DNA of 64,000 nt from an uncultured Nitrososphaerales archaeon (GCA_963841565.1 CAWJCY010000012.1:32001-96000), one strand, 5' to 3'. Counted from the stretch's first letter, positions 1-11,738 are shown. The notes: generated from the sequence alone by a model not told the origin. Numbers and translations are program-made.

Positions 1-1136
1 CCAGCGGATTAAGTAGTCCCTCTTCTTTTACTTCCGGTCAGTAGTCATCGGTTTACTTTAGCCGTGCAAATTAGAAAATCATCACAGATGGGTTATCCCA
101 TCTAGAGTGCTGTGGTAACAGATCTAGACACCAAACTGTGGCAAATCCGACCTCATCTTCTGTTACCTGCTACACCTGAATGTCCAGTCCCTTTTTATTT
201 CGCAATAAACACAAAAAAACTGTCTTGTCAATGAGACCAACTGGTTGTTCCAATTCCTTTCTTTTATTTCAGAACATTCTCTACTTTGCTTTGAAGCAAA
301 GTACATTAACTTTGATGTCAAAACTTCTACTACTATTCCACTTCCAATTTTGAAGTGTTTGAATTTCACAGGATCCTAGGAACCTGGATACGATAGATCC
401 ATGTCGGCATCAAATCTGAACGAGTGGGTAACAGCATCAGTTGATAATAACAATATTATGCGTTCTCTAATTCAGTCGGTATCAAATCCATGGCAATATT
501 CATCTACGGATCTTCTATTAGTATTCTATTCATCACTGGCATGCGCGGAACGAATGTGATTGCAACTGTTCCGATGCATTGTTACTCTGGAGAACCTTTA
601 CAACTCCAATGATATTTTTTACCCTGAAAATAGAACCGATTTATGCTAGGATAGGTATTAGTTGGTGTGAAAGGTCTAACTTGCAAGATGATGACTCCAT
701 AAGTATAGTTACCTCAGAGGATTTACGACATTATTTTTGAAATGACACCAATTGAGCGCTCCAAACATGAGAGTCAGTCTTAACGTTATATGCAACAATG
801 AATCAATTCCTTGGTCTCTTTGTGGATCAGATTAGGAATCATCAGAGGAATCCTATGGTTAGTCGTCCTGTTAGGCTTAGAGACGGGGAAATCGTAGTAG
901 GATAGTTGCGTTCCTACCAAAGGGATATCAATATGCAATGGCTGATTACTTTGGTAACTCAATAAGCGAGGATATTCCAACACTAATGTCGTGGATACAT
1001 TCGTCCTCCTCCTGAAATCAAGTGTACAAGTATATCAATTTCCTATCAATCATAACATATAATGCGCACATTTACAATTATTTTTGATTAAATAGAACAG
1101 ACATGTTTATTTATTTCACTTTTAGTATATCGTAAT

Positions 1137-1907
1137 ATGTTTGAAGTCAATCTCGGTGGAGCTTCTAAGATTAATTTAGGTCTCATAGTGGTCGATATGC
1201 AGAATGGATTCGTAGCGAAGAATGGGTCATACGATAAACTGGGAATGAACACACCGTTATATAGAGAGATTATCCCCAAGGTGAGGGAGCTTATTGATTT
1301 GTGTAAATCTTTAGATATACCGGTATTCTATACCGAATCAGTTAGAGAAGCAAGTGGGATTGACCTCTTGACCAAAATTCATACACTTTTACCGAAGTCT
1401 AGGGAAGAAAGATTGAAAATACCGATATGCGTGAGGGGAACTTGGGATGCTCAAACGATTGATGAGTTAAAGCCCAAAGAAGACGAGGGCGATCATATAA
1501 TTATTAAAAGAAGAGATTCAGCGTTTCAAGATACAGAGCTCAGAGTATGGCTTCAAAGTGCGGGCATTAATGTCTTGATCTTTTGTGGTGTTGATACTTC
1601 AATATGTGTAGAAACGTCCATTAGAGACGCGTTCAATCTAGGTTACGACATCATCTTAATCTCCGATGCTACCGCTTCAGGCAATAAAAACCACTATGAA
1701 ACAACATTAGCAAGAGTGCGAGATTACTATGGGTTGGCGATGAATTTTGAAAGATTTACCAAGATGATTTCAAACCTAAACACTGCAAGACATTTGAAGG
1801 GCCTCGACTTAAATGAGCACAAGCAGGTAATAGACAACTTCATAAGTGAGTTCGGGTTGCTCGACTTCAGAGATTTTAAAATAGTAGCCCCCGAGCATGC
1901 AGCTTGA
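1137..1907 (+). CDS. Isochorismatase-like cysteine hydrolase (RutB/biuret-hydrolase-like amidohydrolase)
   Basis: VDMQN, KRRDSAF and GVDTSICVETS give the Asp-Lys-Cys triad of the family. Confidence 0.88.
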   Translation: MFEVNLGGASKINLGLIVVDMQNGFVAKNGSYDKLGMNTPLYREIIPKVRELIDLCKSLDIPVFYTESVREASGIDLLTKIHTLLPKSREERLKIPICVRGTWDAQTIDELKPKEDEGDHIIIKRRDSAFQDTELRVWLQSAGINVLIFCGVDTSICVETSIRDAFNLGYDIILISDATASGNKNHYETTLARVRDYYGLAMNFERFTKMISNLNTARHLKGLDLNEHKQVIDNFISEFGLLDFRDFKIVAPEHAA

Positions 1908-2031
1908 CTTTATATAAAGTAGTGCTTATAGATCCGGAAAACAGATTGTGAACTAGAATTCACGAAAAATTCCTCTATCTTCTTCTAGTCTTATAGTGGT
2001 GTTTTAGTGTTTTAGTATTATCTGGTTAGTA

Positions 2032-2645
2032 TCACTCAGACAATAGTCTTAACAGGTCCAAATATGTCTCTTTGGTAATCTCACCCTTCGCCAATCTTAT
2101 CTTTAATATTGTTTCTGGGTCCTTTTCTGAAATTTCAGGGGTTCTGGAACGTGTCAGCCCTGAAGCAAGGGTTGATATGAAAGCACCAGTAATTCCGATA
2201 CCTATAAGCATTATTATGCCTCCAAGAATTCTCCCTTCAGTGGTTGTGGCATTAGGTCCAAATGTTGAGGTTGTTGCAGTTTGTAACGTCCACCACAACG
2301 CGTCTCCCATACTAGTTATTTGGGAATGTACGTCCGAACGTTCTGCTCTATAGAAAAGAAACGAGGAGACCGTCAGGGTTAGAAAGAAGAGGATAAATAT
2401 CTGCTGTACTGTTCGATTCTTGATTTATTTTGGATAGAACGTGAAAGCTTGAGTAGATACATGGAGGCAACAACCATTGTATCGAATACGTAAACAAGAT
2501 AGTTCCAGCCTCCAGTAGATAACTGAGTAGACATAGAGATAAGCACCACTATATCTATCAGGCTAAGAAAACCAATCAGAATGTCACCTTTCTTTCTTTC
2601 CAAGGTTATCTCATAAGAAAGAAGTGAAAGTAACAAGTCTTGCAC
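2032..2645 (-). pseudogene. Potassium-channel-family pore protein with C-terminal SHOCT domain, frameshifted
   Basis: Frame IFILFFLTLTVSSFLFYRAE..GDALWWTLQTATTSTFGP..TTEGRILG is S5-pore-S6. DPETILKIRLAKGEITKETY is SHOCT-like. The N-terminal TM part (2379..2645) is in another frame, with the shift near 2400-2430. Confidence 0.65.
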
Positions 2646-3050
2646 GGTTCAAATAAAAAAATAACATCCAATGAATAAATGGGTCCGCAATGATTCTGAA
2701 CTACTGAAATCGAAAAGTCTTCGTGATGCGAAAATCTAGAACAACAAAGAATCTAAAAATTCCCTACTAAGTCAATTTGAATCGACTCTGATCTTTCAAA
2801 AGGAACAGACTAAATCTGCTAGCACAGACAATTTTGTATAAAAATACAGCTCAAAAAATCCACGAGCAATTTTCCTATCTAGCTCTGGAACAACAATCCT
2901 CTTCCGGTCGTAGTATTTCTTGTATTCAACTTTCAGATATTTGGATTCCCAAGTTGGGATAGTGTAACTTCAACACCTAATCAAATTATTTGATGGCAAA
3001 TTTCAAAATCACAAATTAGATCTAACTAGACCTAATTTGGGAATTATTTG

Positions 3051-3431
3051 TTAAGATACGTTGACAGTTCCGACCATCTGAGGATGCATAGTACAGTGAT
3101 AATCATATGTGCCTGCTGTGTCGAAGACAAAATCGAAGGTAGCGTCAGGGGACATAATACCAGAATCAAACACACTTCCTGCGTCTTCACTTCCAGCAGC
3201 ACCAGACGTTGCCGTATGAATCTGACTGTCATCGTTGGTCCATGTTACTCCTTCTCCAACTTTTACATCTATTGGATTAGGTGAATAAGCCTTGTCCCCC
3301 ATCGTAGCTGCATTCATGGGAATCGTCACATCTTTTACTAATGATGGTTGGGCCAGCACAGTAAAGTTGCTGAATACTAAGCTGCTCAACAGGAGAGTCG
3401 CTACTCCTACTACGATCTTTATTGTATACAT
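3051..3431 (-). CDS. Secreted plastocyanin/azurin-family blue copper protein
   Basis: Signal peptide, WTNDDSQIHT and YHCTMHPQM type-1 Cu ligands. Start moved to MYTIK at 3431. Confidence 0.92.
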   Translation of the reverse strand: MYTIKIVVGVATLLLSSLVFSNFTVLAQPSLVKDVTIPMNAATMGDKAYSPNPIDVKVGEGVTWTNDDSQIHTATSGAAGSEDAGSVFDSGIMSPDATFDFVFDTAGTYDYHCTMHPQMVGTVNVS

Positions 3432-3757
3432 GATAAAGGCTATTACCGGTATTGGATAATAAGTTTTCGATAATTGCTTTGCTTGAGTCTTGGGCAAAGA
3501 GCCAATGGTTCCATCAATCACAAAGCACTAGCCCTGTTGCAATCATGGCTTAAAAGTGAGACTTAATAGAATAGAATTAGCTCAGGCATGATGAAAGTGT
3601 TGAAGAGCCTTAGCTTTAACATTAGACATGTGCTAATTCAATTAGAATTGAATTCCTGAACTAAGCTTTAGCCGAAGGCAAATGATCATTCCTCCGGTCA
3701 TATACCACTATCGATTATTCCAAACCCAATATTATTAATAAAGCAATTTGGTGGGTA

Positions 3758-4999
3758 TTGGCCATAAACGCCGGTGACACTTCGTGGGTACTTATTTCTA
3801 CGGCTTTGGTAATGTTAATGATTCCAGCCCTTGGCTTCTTTGAGGCTGGATTGATTAGAAGTAAAAACTCACTTTCAATTCTTATGCAGACCTTTTCTGG
3901 TCTCGCTATACTTACAGTGCTCTGGTTCGTCATTGGATTTTCATTGGTGTACGCGACTTCCTATGGTGGATTTATCGGTGGATTTGAATGGATATTCTTC
4001 AATGGCGTACCCTTTGATGAACCACTTGATTATGCACCCAACATTCCTGGGGTCTCCTTTGCGACATATGAGATGATGTTTGCCGTAATAACTCCCTTAC
4101 TTATTACAGGTGCTTTTGCTGAAAGGTTGACATGGAATGCCTTTTTTGTATTTATTATTGCATGGAGCATTTTCATCTACTACCCATTAGCACATTGGGT
4201 TTGGGGGAAAGGCTGGCTTGCTGATCTTGGTGTTGTAGATTTTGCAGGGGGGATTGTCATTCATACAAGTGCAGGTATGGGCGCCATCGCGGCGGCACTC
4301 GTATTAGGTAGACGGAAAAATTTCGGAAAATCAATAATGGTATCCCACAATATTCCACTTGCAGTAATTGGCGCGGCCATGTTATGGTTCGGTTGGTTTG
4401 GGTTTAATGCAGGCAGTGCCCTCTCTGCAGGGTCACTGGCTGGCAACACATTGTTAGTATCACAGGTCGCATCAGCAACATCAGCTATGGTCTGGATTGT
4501 ATTGACTTGGAGAAGCAAGACAGAGAAGCCAAATATCACAGCCGCTATTACAGGTGCAATAGCAGGATTGGCAGGGGTGACTCCAGCTTCAGGATTTATC
4601 AGCGCACAGGCCGCGTTCTTCCTTGGTATTGTACTTGGCTTGGCATCTTACTATATGGTCTTGCTTCTGAAACAACGCCTTAAGTTAGATGATGCACTTG
4701 ATGTAGGCTCCGTTCATGGGATTACGGGTATCATAGGATCTCTAGCCATAGGTCTAGTCGCAAGTAGTTTAATTAATCCTTCTGGTCCAAACGGTTTACT
4801 TTATGGAAATGCAGCGCAACTAGGAATTCAGGCCTTGGGAGTCGCCGTAGCAGCAGTACTTGGATTCGGAGGAACGATAATCATTATGAAAGTAATTAAC
4901 GCGATCATGGGATTAAGGGTAAAAGAAGTAGAAGAAGAAGTTGGTCTTGACATCACGGAACAAGGGGAAACGGCGTACGGCGAAGATTGGGGAGTATAA
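3758..4999 (+). CDS. amt: Ammonium transporter
   Basis: DFAGGIVIH, WFGWFGFNAGS, LDDALDV..VHG; twin His retained; multi-TM. Confidence 0.97.
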   Translation: MAINAGDTSWVLISTALVMLMIPALGFFEAGLIRSKNSLSILMQTFSGLAILTVLWFVIGFSLVYATSYGGFIGGFEWIFFNGVPFDEPLDYAPNIPGVSFATYEMMFAVITPLLITGAFAERLTWNAFFVFIIAWSIFIYYPLAHWVWGKGWLADLGVVDFAGGIVIHTSAGMGAIAAALVLGRRKNFGKSIMVSHNIPLAVIGAAMLWFGWFGFNAGSALSAGSLAGNTLLVSQVASATSAMVWIVLTWRSKTEKPNITAAITGAIAGLAGVTPASGFISAQAAFFLGIVLGLASYYMVLLLKQRLKLDDALDVGSVHGITGIIGSLAIGLVASSLINPSGPNGLLYGNAAQLGIQALGVAVAAVLGFGGTIIIMKVINAIMGLRVKEVEEEVGLDITEQGETAYGEDWGV

Positions 5000-5005
5000 T
5001 AAGAG

Positions 5006-5326
5006 ATGAAAAGGGTAGAAGCAATTGTACGTGTTGAACGGCTACACAAGGTAAGGGAACGTCTTAAGGAATTAGATGTAGGCGGTATTATTCTTCATGC
5101 AGATGGATGGAGCAAGGAGACTAAATTTCATATGAGGTATAGGGGCCTGCCTGTGTCCTATGATCTTATACCTCTAGCCAAATTTGAATTGTTTATACCA
5201 GACGATAGATTGGAACTTGTTGTCAAGACAATCAAGGAAAATGCCAGAACCGGAGAAGCATATGATGGTGTGATAGCCATATCAGACCTGGAGAATGTCA
5301 TGAATATCACTCCTACAGATAAATAG
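5006..5326 (+). CDS. glnK: P-II family nitrogen regulator (divergent)
   Basis: MKRVEAIVR, YRG T-loop, ARTGEAYDG B-loop; starts 6 nt after amt. Confidence 0.88.
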   Translation: MKRVEAIVRVERLHKVRERLKELDVGGIILHADGWSKETKFHMRYRGLPVSYDLIPLAKFELFIPDDRLELVVKTIKENARTGEAYDGVIAISDLENVMNITPTDK

Positions 5327-5643
5327 GAAGGCGCAAGCGCACTCTAGTCTCAAGTCTTGTAAAGGAAGAATAAATTGAAAGCATTCTTTTATTGCTTCTC
5401 TGTAAAGGTAAATGGGCCAAGAAAAATATTGTAAACGATTTTTTAGGCTAGCGATCGCAACCACTTAATCAACTATTCGACTAGCATTTGTTATTTGCTA
5501 TTTATTGTTCTTAGTCCACCTAATTAAATAGAATAACGTGAATTAGGTCTACAACAAGCCTGCGAATTCTTTGTTCTCGCTCAATCCATATTAATTGGTA
5601 TTTAAAAAATAGTGTTAGATAAAAATCAAGTTCGGAAATTTTA

Positions 5644-5665
5644 GGATGGATGTCTTAATCCATCC
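5644..5665. terminator. 8-bp inverted repeat, possible terminator
   Basis: GGATGGAT-N6-ATCCATCC between convergent genes, ~30 nt past the stop of 5698..6147. Confidence 0.35.
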
Positions 5666-5697
5666 GCGTATCAGATGATTTCTTCTGTCAGTCTATA

Positions 5698-6147
5698 CTA
5701 TTGGCCCATCGGTGGGACTAACCAGGTTTGTGCAACAGAGTTTGACCATGATGGCAACGGACTGAGTGAATTAGCTGGTTGTTGGGTCACAACAATATCT
5801 GTCCATGTTCGTGCATTGGTCTGTATCTCATCAAAAGATAAAGTTCCCTGATCCAAAAGCTTTCCCATTACTAGTGGATAGCCTGAACCTTCATAACTAT
5901 CGTCAACGAGCCAAGCATTGAACACCCATCCTTCCTTTGGCTGATAATTTGTCGCAAGATCAACAGTTACTGTATAACCGTTTGTGCAAAGATTTGCAAC
6001 TCCAAATACGGTGCCGCCATATCCGATGAGAGCGCCGGTCTGACATTTGGTTGGTTCCGCCTGCGCTTGAACATTCGCCAATGCTGATGGTGCTATTGCT
6101 AAGCCCAAAGCAGCTATTAGAGTAATAGCAATGATACCCTTTTGCAT
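5698..6147 (-). CDS. Secreted protein with RskA/anti-sigma-C-terminal-like beta domain
   Basis: Signal peptide; VFNAWLVD...MGKL...IVVTQQP pattern. Domain call is tentative. Confidence 0.55.
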   Translation of the reverse strand: MQKGIIAITLIAALGLAIAPSALANVQAQAEPTKCQTGALIGYGGTVFGVANLCTNGYTVTVDLATNYQPKEGWVFNAWLVDDSYEGSGYPLVMGKLLDQGTLSFDEIQTNARTWTDIVVTQQPANSLSPLPSWSNSVAQTWLVPPMGQ

Positions 6148-6581
6148 ATCTTGTTTAGACTTTTAGGCTATATATATAGTATTCCCAATTAACTAGATTC
6201 ATTAGATTTCGAATTTTTTTAGAGTCTGACCATTCTCCGATTCGGTTTAATCGTTCGTTCATCCTGATTAGAAACTTCTGCAAATCGTCTACATGAAGTC
6301 GACCCAAGGGGAAATGAAATTCCCATTTCAAGAATTTTTAATTATTTCGTATAATTTATCTTGAATTAAAATAGCTACGAGTAAAAATGCAGAGTAGAAA
6401 ATAGGAAAGTCTGCTGTTCTATGGGTTTGCAATAACAATGGAGAATCAGAATTTTGTCTAATGTAACTCGAAAAAAAGGTGATCCTTATCGATAGGAAAT
6501 AATCAAGCGAAGACTATTAATCCAAATAAAGGTAACGAAAGTAATTCAAAGTATGGCAGCAGCGCTGCCTATTACAATCTT

Positions 6582-6995
6582 TTAGGCACCGCGGCTACCG
6601 TTCAGGGTTTGAAGTTTCTGAACAAGGTCTCCAAAATCAGAACCTGCAACTAACTTCAAAGTCTTGAGATTTGTCGCATTTATACCAAGTTGTGATAGTT
6701 GCTGTGATATTTCCTGTGATAACTTGCTAAACGCAGGAGAATCCGAAAGCGCTTGTAGCTTTTCTGTCAGATTACCACCTTGAGCAATAGTCAAATTCAA
6801 ACCTGCCTTAGAACCCAAAGCTTTAACCTTTGCTGCAAGTTCAACAAGCTGTTGTTGAACTCCTAGAGACTGATTCTGAGCCTTCGCCAACATATTGAAG
6901 GTCGGAGCAAGTGTAATCGATAGTGCAAGAGTCGAAAGTATGCCAATCGCTATTGCGAATGTCAATTTTTCATTTCCTTTCACGAATAATTTCAC
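6582..6995 (-). CDS. Hypothetical secreted helical protein
   Basis: N-terminal hydrophobic helix, AKAQ cleavage-like site, Q/L-rich helices. Confidence 0.65.
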   Translation of the reverse strand: MKLFVKGNEKLTFAIAIGILSTLALSITLAPTFNMLAKAQNQSLGVQQQLVELAAKVKALGSKAGLNLTIAQGGNLTEKLQALSDSPAFSKLSQEISQQLSQLGINATNLKTLKLVAGSDFGDLVQKLQTLNGSRGA

Positions 6996-7297
6996 TAAAA
7001 AGACTTCGTATGGGCATTATAAATGTGTTACTTGATCCATCGTAAAAGGGACCATTCTGACAATTTAAACAAACCGTCGCAGCGATTTCTTCAATTGCAT
7101 GCCAGGTTCTTGTTGAACAGTCAGGTGACGTGTAGAAGCGCATATTCAAAAAGCTGGCCTTTACCGTGGGAGCAATTGTATGACGTTTGTTCTATCATTG
7201 ACTTTGGTTCTATACATACGGGATTGAACTGTATTTCAAAAATCAGCAAAAAGTTGATGTATGCTTTTTAAGCATAATACCCATTATAGTAATAGAT

Positions 7298-7763
7298 ATG
7301 ACTTATTCTAGTGAACCTGTAGAGGAGGGGGATGCACCAGATAGAAGCGATACAGCAAAAACAACAACAACAACAACGACTGTGGATCAAAATGTTAAGC
7401 AAAAAATAGATTCAATAAAAAATGTTGCAAGTACAATAAGGGATATTTCGGCAAGGATAAGGGATACCGTACGCGCTTTACGTGAAAGCGGGGCGATAGA
7501 TGAGTTGATTGCAGACCATCCATGAAGCGACTATTACAATGAGAGATACTACGATAGAGATTAGCAAAATATCTAAAGATCTCAAGGAACGGGGAATGAT
7601 CAAGGACACTGCCAAGACATTAGACGAAACCGTTGCAGCAGCAAATGAAGCAACTGAATCGTTCAGACAAACGGTGGAAGATATGAAAGAGGCAGCTCCT
7701 CAGACGGCTGAGGTCATAAAGAAAGCTAGAGAGCGCATAAAAACTAAAAAAGAAAATAGGTGA
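7298..7763 (+). CDS. Hypothetical alpha-helical protein, split by a +1 frameshift near 7511
   Basis: Overlapping ORFs 7298..7525 and 7509..7763 join (ELI|QTIHEA) if one base is removed; internal repeats LRESGAID/LKERGMIK. Confidence 0.65.
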
Positions 7764-7973
7764 AGGATCTATATGTGTAGCTAAATTCTATTCAGTGAAT
7801 TTTTTTTCTGTCATTCCTCTGATAAGTCAAGGCCCTCTATTCACGGATAGTAAATAAATCTAACAATGCCAATTTGATGAGCTTGTAAGTTTATTGAAAT
7901 GTGAGGGAGCTTTAGCTATGTTAAGCGGCCGTTCGTTGCATAACCTCCAGAAGACCAGACATATCGGCCGCGA

Positions 7974-8375
7974 TTATGTTAAATTGATTTCTACGAAGTC
8001 GCTAGCCGGGCAGCATGGATCTTTAAGAGCATTCTTAGGCCTTCTATCACGACTAACGCGTTGAACGACCTCCTTTAGATTCATCTCATGAACCTTTTCT
8101 AGAATAGCAGCGAATACTGGATGATGTGGTTTCAATTCCTTAATTCTTTCTTCTACCATTTCATCGGTGATGGCTTTTTCTCGAGTATCAACAAGTCGCA
8201 TATCGCGAACTTTTAATATCCACTCCAATCATTCAGAAAGCACCAGCACTCTTACGGTGTCCTCTAGGCTTATTTTGTGGATATTTTCCAAGTTAGAGGC
8301 AAGAAGTGGATGTTTTGGCTTCAATTCTTTGATTTATTCTTCAATCATTTCATTGGTAATTTCTTTTTCAAGCAT
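7974..8375 (-). pseudogene. Two tandem paralogous short ORFs, the upstream one with an in-frame stop
   Basis: MLEKEITNEMIEE*IKELKPKHPLLASNLENIH (8375..8229) versus EKAITDEMVEERIKELKPHHPVFAAILEKVH. Confidence 0.55.
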
Positions 8376-8629
8376 TTCCGCGTAAAATATATCATTAAGG
8401 AAATACCTGTAGTTGCTTTCAATGCAAAAAGTGAAGAGCGACTGCCTAAAGCAAAGAAGTCTTTTGTATCTTTCAGATGCAAGCTTTCATACTCTGTCAG
8501 GCAAGATATAGGTCATATCATAACCCTCCCCTTTACGGCCGTCTGATGGTACACCACAGGTTAAAAGAAACCAGGCCGGATCAAAGACTGATGGCATACC
8601 ATCATTATCGGACTCTGAAACTTGGAACG

Positions 8630-9131
8630 TTAGTTCTGTCCGCGAATTTCGCCATCAGGATTTGCCTGCGTAAGTACATTTACATATGTAACCCCGCTAC
8701 TCATTGCTGAGACTAGGTCTGATATCTCTTTACCTTGCATAGGTCCTACCAAATCAGAAGCAGTAATAGTTCCTCCGGCTTCAACATCATTAGCTGAGAT
8801 CAGCTGATGATGCATTTGGTCTAAATAGAGTTACAATTACAGGCCCATTTTCACCAACATTGCCTGAATGAATACTAATGGACGTAACATTCGACACACC
8901 GGTAACACTTACCTGATAATCTATTCCCCCGGAGCCTAAATTGAATTCAGCTGTTCCGGTTGCGGTAGTGCTTACAGATGGAACTTCCTCTCCGCCTGAC
9001 ATCTGAGTAGTAAAGGCCTGTGGTTGATCTAGCTGCGAAAGGGCAGATGAGGTAAATGTAAGTGAAACAAAAGTAATGGCTATGGCGAGACCTAAGAAAG
9101 AATCTTGTATTACCTTAGTTTTTACTGACAT
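8630..9131 (-). CDS. Secreted CHRD-domain protein, split by a +1 frameshift near 8800
   Basis: GGEEVPSV.T.ATG.A, IHSGNVGENGPV and, in the second frame, YVNVLT..NPDGEIRGQ. Confidence 0.85.
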
Positions 9132-9962
9132 AAACTAAATTTATCGCTCTATTATATTTAAGTAGATCTGAGGATTTACCAACATTTTGCCGTGATCCAT
9201 AAGATGCCTTAGCAGAACTAATAGTGGCTGCCTCAACTGACTCCCAGGTCATTTGATTGGTTGAACTTTAGAGTATAGATAAGAAATCGCAACCTACCAA
9301 GTGCGTTCCGACACAATGTCCTGTCAGTTGTCAACATTTCGTTTAAATTCATCTCTTCGGTAAATCTCCAAAATGTATGATCTTGTTACATACGTAATTT
9401 AGAAACAATATTGTGTGCTGTTAAAGCAATACAATTGCTTCAGGATTCATTAAAATGGAGAGAGTAATGGAAATTCTGGCAAATCCAAATCCGATTCCGT
9501 GCGCTATCACTGAGCTTTTTTGTGCAAGATCAGACTAGTTCAACAAAAGAAGAATATAGGAATAAAGTTTTTGATTTCAAGCCTCGCTTTGGAAATGCTC
9601 TGTACGCTTTCCCCGATTGTCTTCTGAGTGATGGAATTACGCAGGAGATTTATTGCATATAAAAGCTCAAGTGGACAGTAGAATGCCATAACAGGGAGAG
9701 TGCAGGAGATACAATTACTTTCTCGGTAACGCTTAGTTTTCTAAGATGTTTAATTCGTGTTTATACAATTCAATTGTTGAAATTTCAACTTCTGAGATAA
9801 TGATGTGTCAGTAACGGATGTATCAATAGTTAAGGACGCAGCTACGCTGAAACAATATCTCCAGTCCTAGAAATGGACCGAGTATTGTACAAATATCCAC
9901 TATTACCGCTACTATGCATAGTAATCAAAATAATGATACAAACATAGATTCCTAAGCGCTGC

Positions 9963-9995
9963 TGATTCATGTGGTGTATGCAGCCACATGAATCA
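9963..9995. terminator. 12-bp perfect inverted repeat
   Basis: TGATTCATGTGG-N9-CCACATGAATCA, ~35 nt past the stop of 10030..10272. Confidence 0.5.
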
Positions 9996-10029
9996 AGGCA
10001 ATTCTGTCGTTTCGCAGTCCTGAATCTAA

Positions 10030-10272
10030 CTATGGTTGCGTGGGGGCTGGTTCGTCAAAGACAGTAATGTTATCCGGAGCGGTAGCATTGCTTGCGTTTG
10101 CGGGCATCTTTGCAGGCTCATCAAACATATTTATGTCACTTGATGAGCTAGTATTTTCTGATTGTGAATATACATTTGCAGCTTGTGTAAAGGAAATGGC
10201 AATGACAAAAGTCAATAATACAACCTGAATTGTTTTCGTACTCATGCCTCTATTGTTTTGTATAATCCTCAT
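10030..10272 (-). CDS. Small secreted low-complexity protein
   Basis: Signal peptide, twice-repeated FDEPA motif, N-x-S/T sequons. Confidence 0.6.
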   Translation of the reverse strand: MRIIQNNRGMSTKTIQVVLLTFVIAISFTQAANVYSQSENTSSSSDINMFDEPAKMPANASNATAPDNITVFDEPAPTQP

Positions 10273-10584
10273 ACCTAGTATAGAAAATGGCTAGTTATTA
10301 AATATTTAACGATAGCGGTGATATCCGTGATGGAGTTATAGTTAATTTATCACATCGACCTGCATTCACCTGAATTCAACATTCAATGTTTCATATCGCA
10401 ATTCATGCGAGAAGATCAGTAACTGATTTCGGCATTTTTGTGGGACAGGATCTTTTTTTCACATTCTTATTTAGTCCTATTGCAGTACACTACACCTGAG
10501 CTTCTATTATCGTCATAATACCTAAAGTGTTAAAAAAAGAAACAGAAGTGTTTTGGGCCTTGTAGGTGTAATGAGGATCTTTTG

Positions 10585-10809
10585 TTACCCCTTCTTGATC
10601 CTACTGAACTCCGCATTAAGTGTAGTCTTCCTAGTGAGTTGAACTACATCAAAGATAGCCGCTCTCCCTGCACTTGCTGCATCTCCTAACAATCGCACAA
10701 TTATCCCCGAATTGTACGGCATAATGGATGCGCCTGATACGACCTCAGTATTGTTAGACAAGATCGAATTCAGATCATCTTTAGTGGATTTTACAACTGT
10801 GTTGGAGCA
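10585..10809 (-). pseudogene. ureD: Duplicated 3' fragment of ureD
   Basis: NTVVKSTKDDLNSILSNNTEVVSGASIMPYNSGIIVRLLGD..KKG* is nearly identical to the end of ureD at 12372-12598. Confidence 0.9.
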
Positions 10810-10996
10810 GTAATAACTGATCTCAACACACACCTCACCGCCAGCACGTACAACATCTAATCATTTGTTATTTTATTTATGGGGAATAAGGCATGATCCA
10901 AGATGAGTTTCAGTCCTAGATGTAGTCTTGTGATGCCGAAAAAGAACTTGTGCCTTACAGCATTTTTAAATAGTCGTTGTAATATCAAAACGATAT

Positions 10997-11356
10997 ATGG
11001 CAAGCCAGACGCAAGATCCAACACTGGACATACAGACAAAGTATGAGGAATTTCAGAGAAGCTGCAAGACTATTCTTCCTAAAATAGATATCAAGCTGAT
11101 TGAAGACTTTCTAAATCGCCAACAGGAAGACCCTGGCGCTAAGTATTCTATTGGAGTCACTACGAAAGAGGGGTTGGATACACAAACAATAAAAGATCTA
11201 GTGTGGAGCAAAATTGGAGAAGTACCGGACGTAGATAATCATGGCACATATTACAGAATTGAACATAAATTATCACTGGATGCGCTCAAGACATTATCTG
11301 ACTATGATTTTGTTTTGAATGTAAAAGGATCATATATAGGTCATGCATTCATTTGA
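10997..11356 (+). CDS. Hypothetical protein
   Basis: Intact 119-aa ORF with globular composition. Confidence 0.7.
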   Translation: MASQTQDPTLDIQTKYEEFQRSCKTILPKIDIKLIEDFLNRQQEDPGAKYSIGVTTKEGLDTQTIKDLVWSKIGEVPDVDNHGTYYRIEHKLSLDALKTLSDYDFVLNVKGSYIGHAFI

Positions 11357-11738
11357 TTCTAGATAAATAACTGTCAGACCGCTGATTCCTGAGCTTGGGC
11401 CAGCCGCTATTAGTGCATATCGTCGAATTCAAATCATGTCATGACAAGTTAGCTCACAGGTTTTTAGGAAGCATCCAAAACCTTTGCATAATTATACCTA
11501 GGAAGGCATCTGATGATTTTGACAGAATGAAGTGTCTTATATCGATATAGGACAAAGTATAATTTTTAAGCAAACGACATTTTATAATTTGTTCAATTTT
11601 CCAAAACGCCGAAAATTGTCCCATTAAATAATCTATCGAATAAACGAGATGTTGCATATCAACATATCGAGGTATCCGGTAGCAAACTGCGTTCAATCGA
11701 TAAAGTTAACTATGAAAATGCTCCCACAGTTTAATCAA

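Noticed and set aside
163-983. Short ORFs at 163..369 and 786..983
   Set aside because: No motifs; probably spurious or unrecognisable remnants.
3600-3757. NrpR operator upstream of amt
   Set aside because: No GGAA-N6-TTCC found; the closest match has the wrong half-site and spacing.
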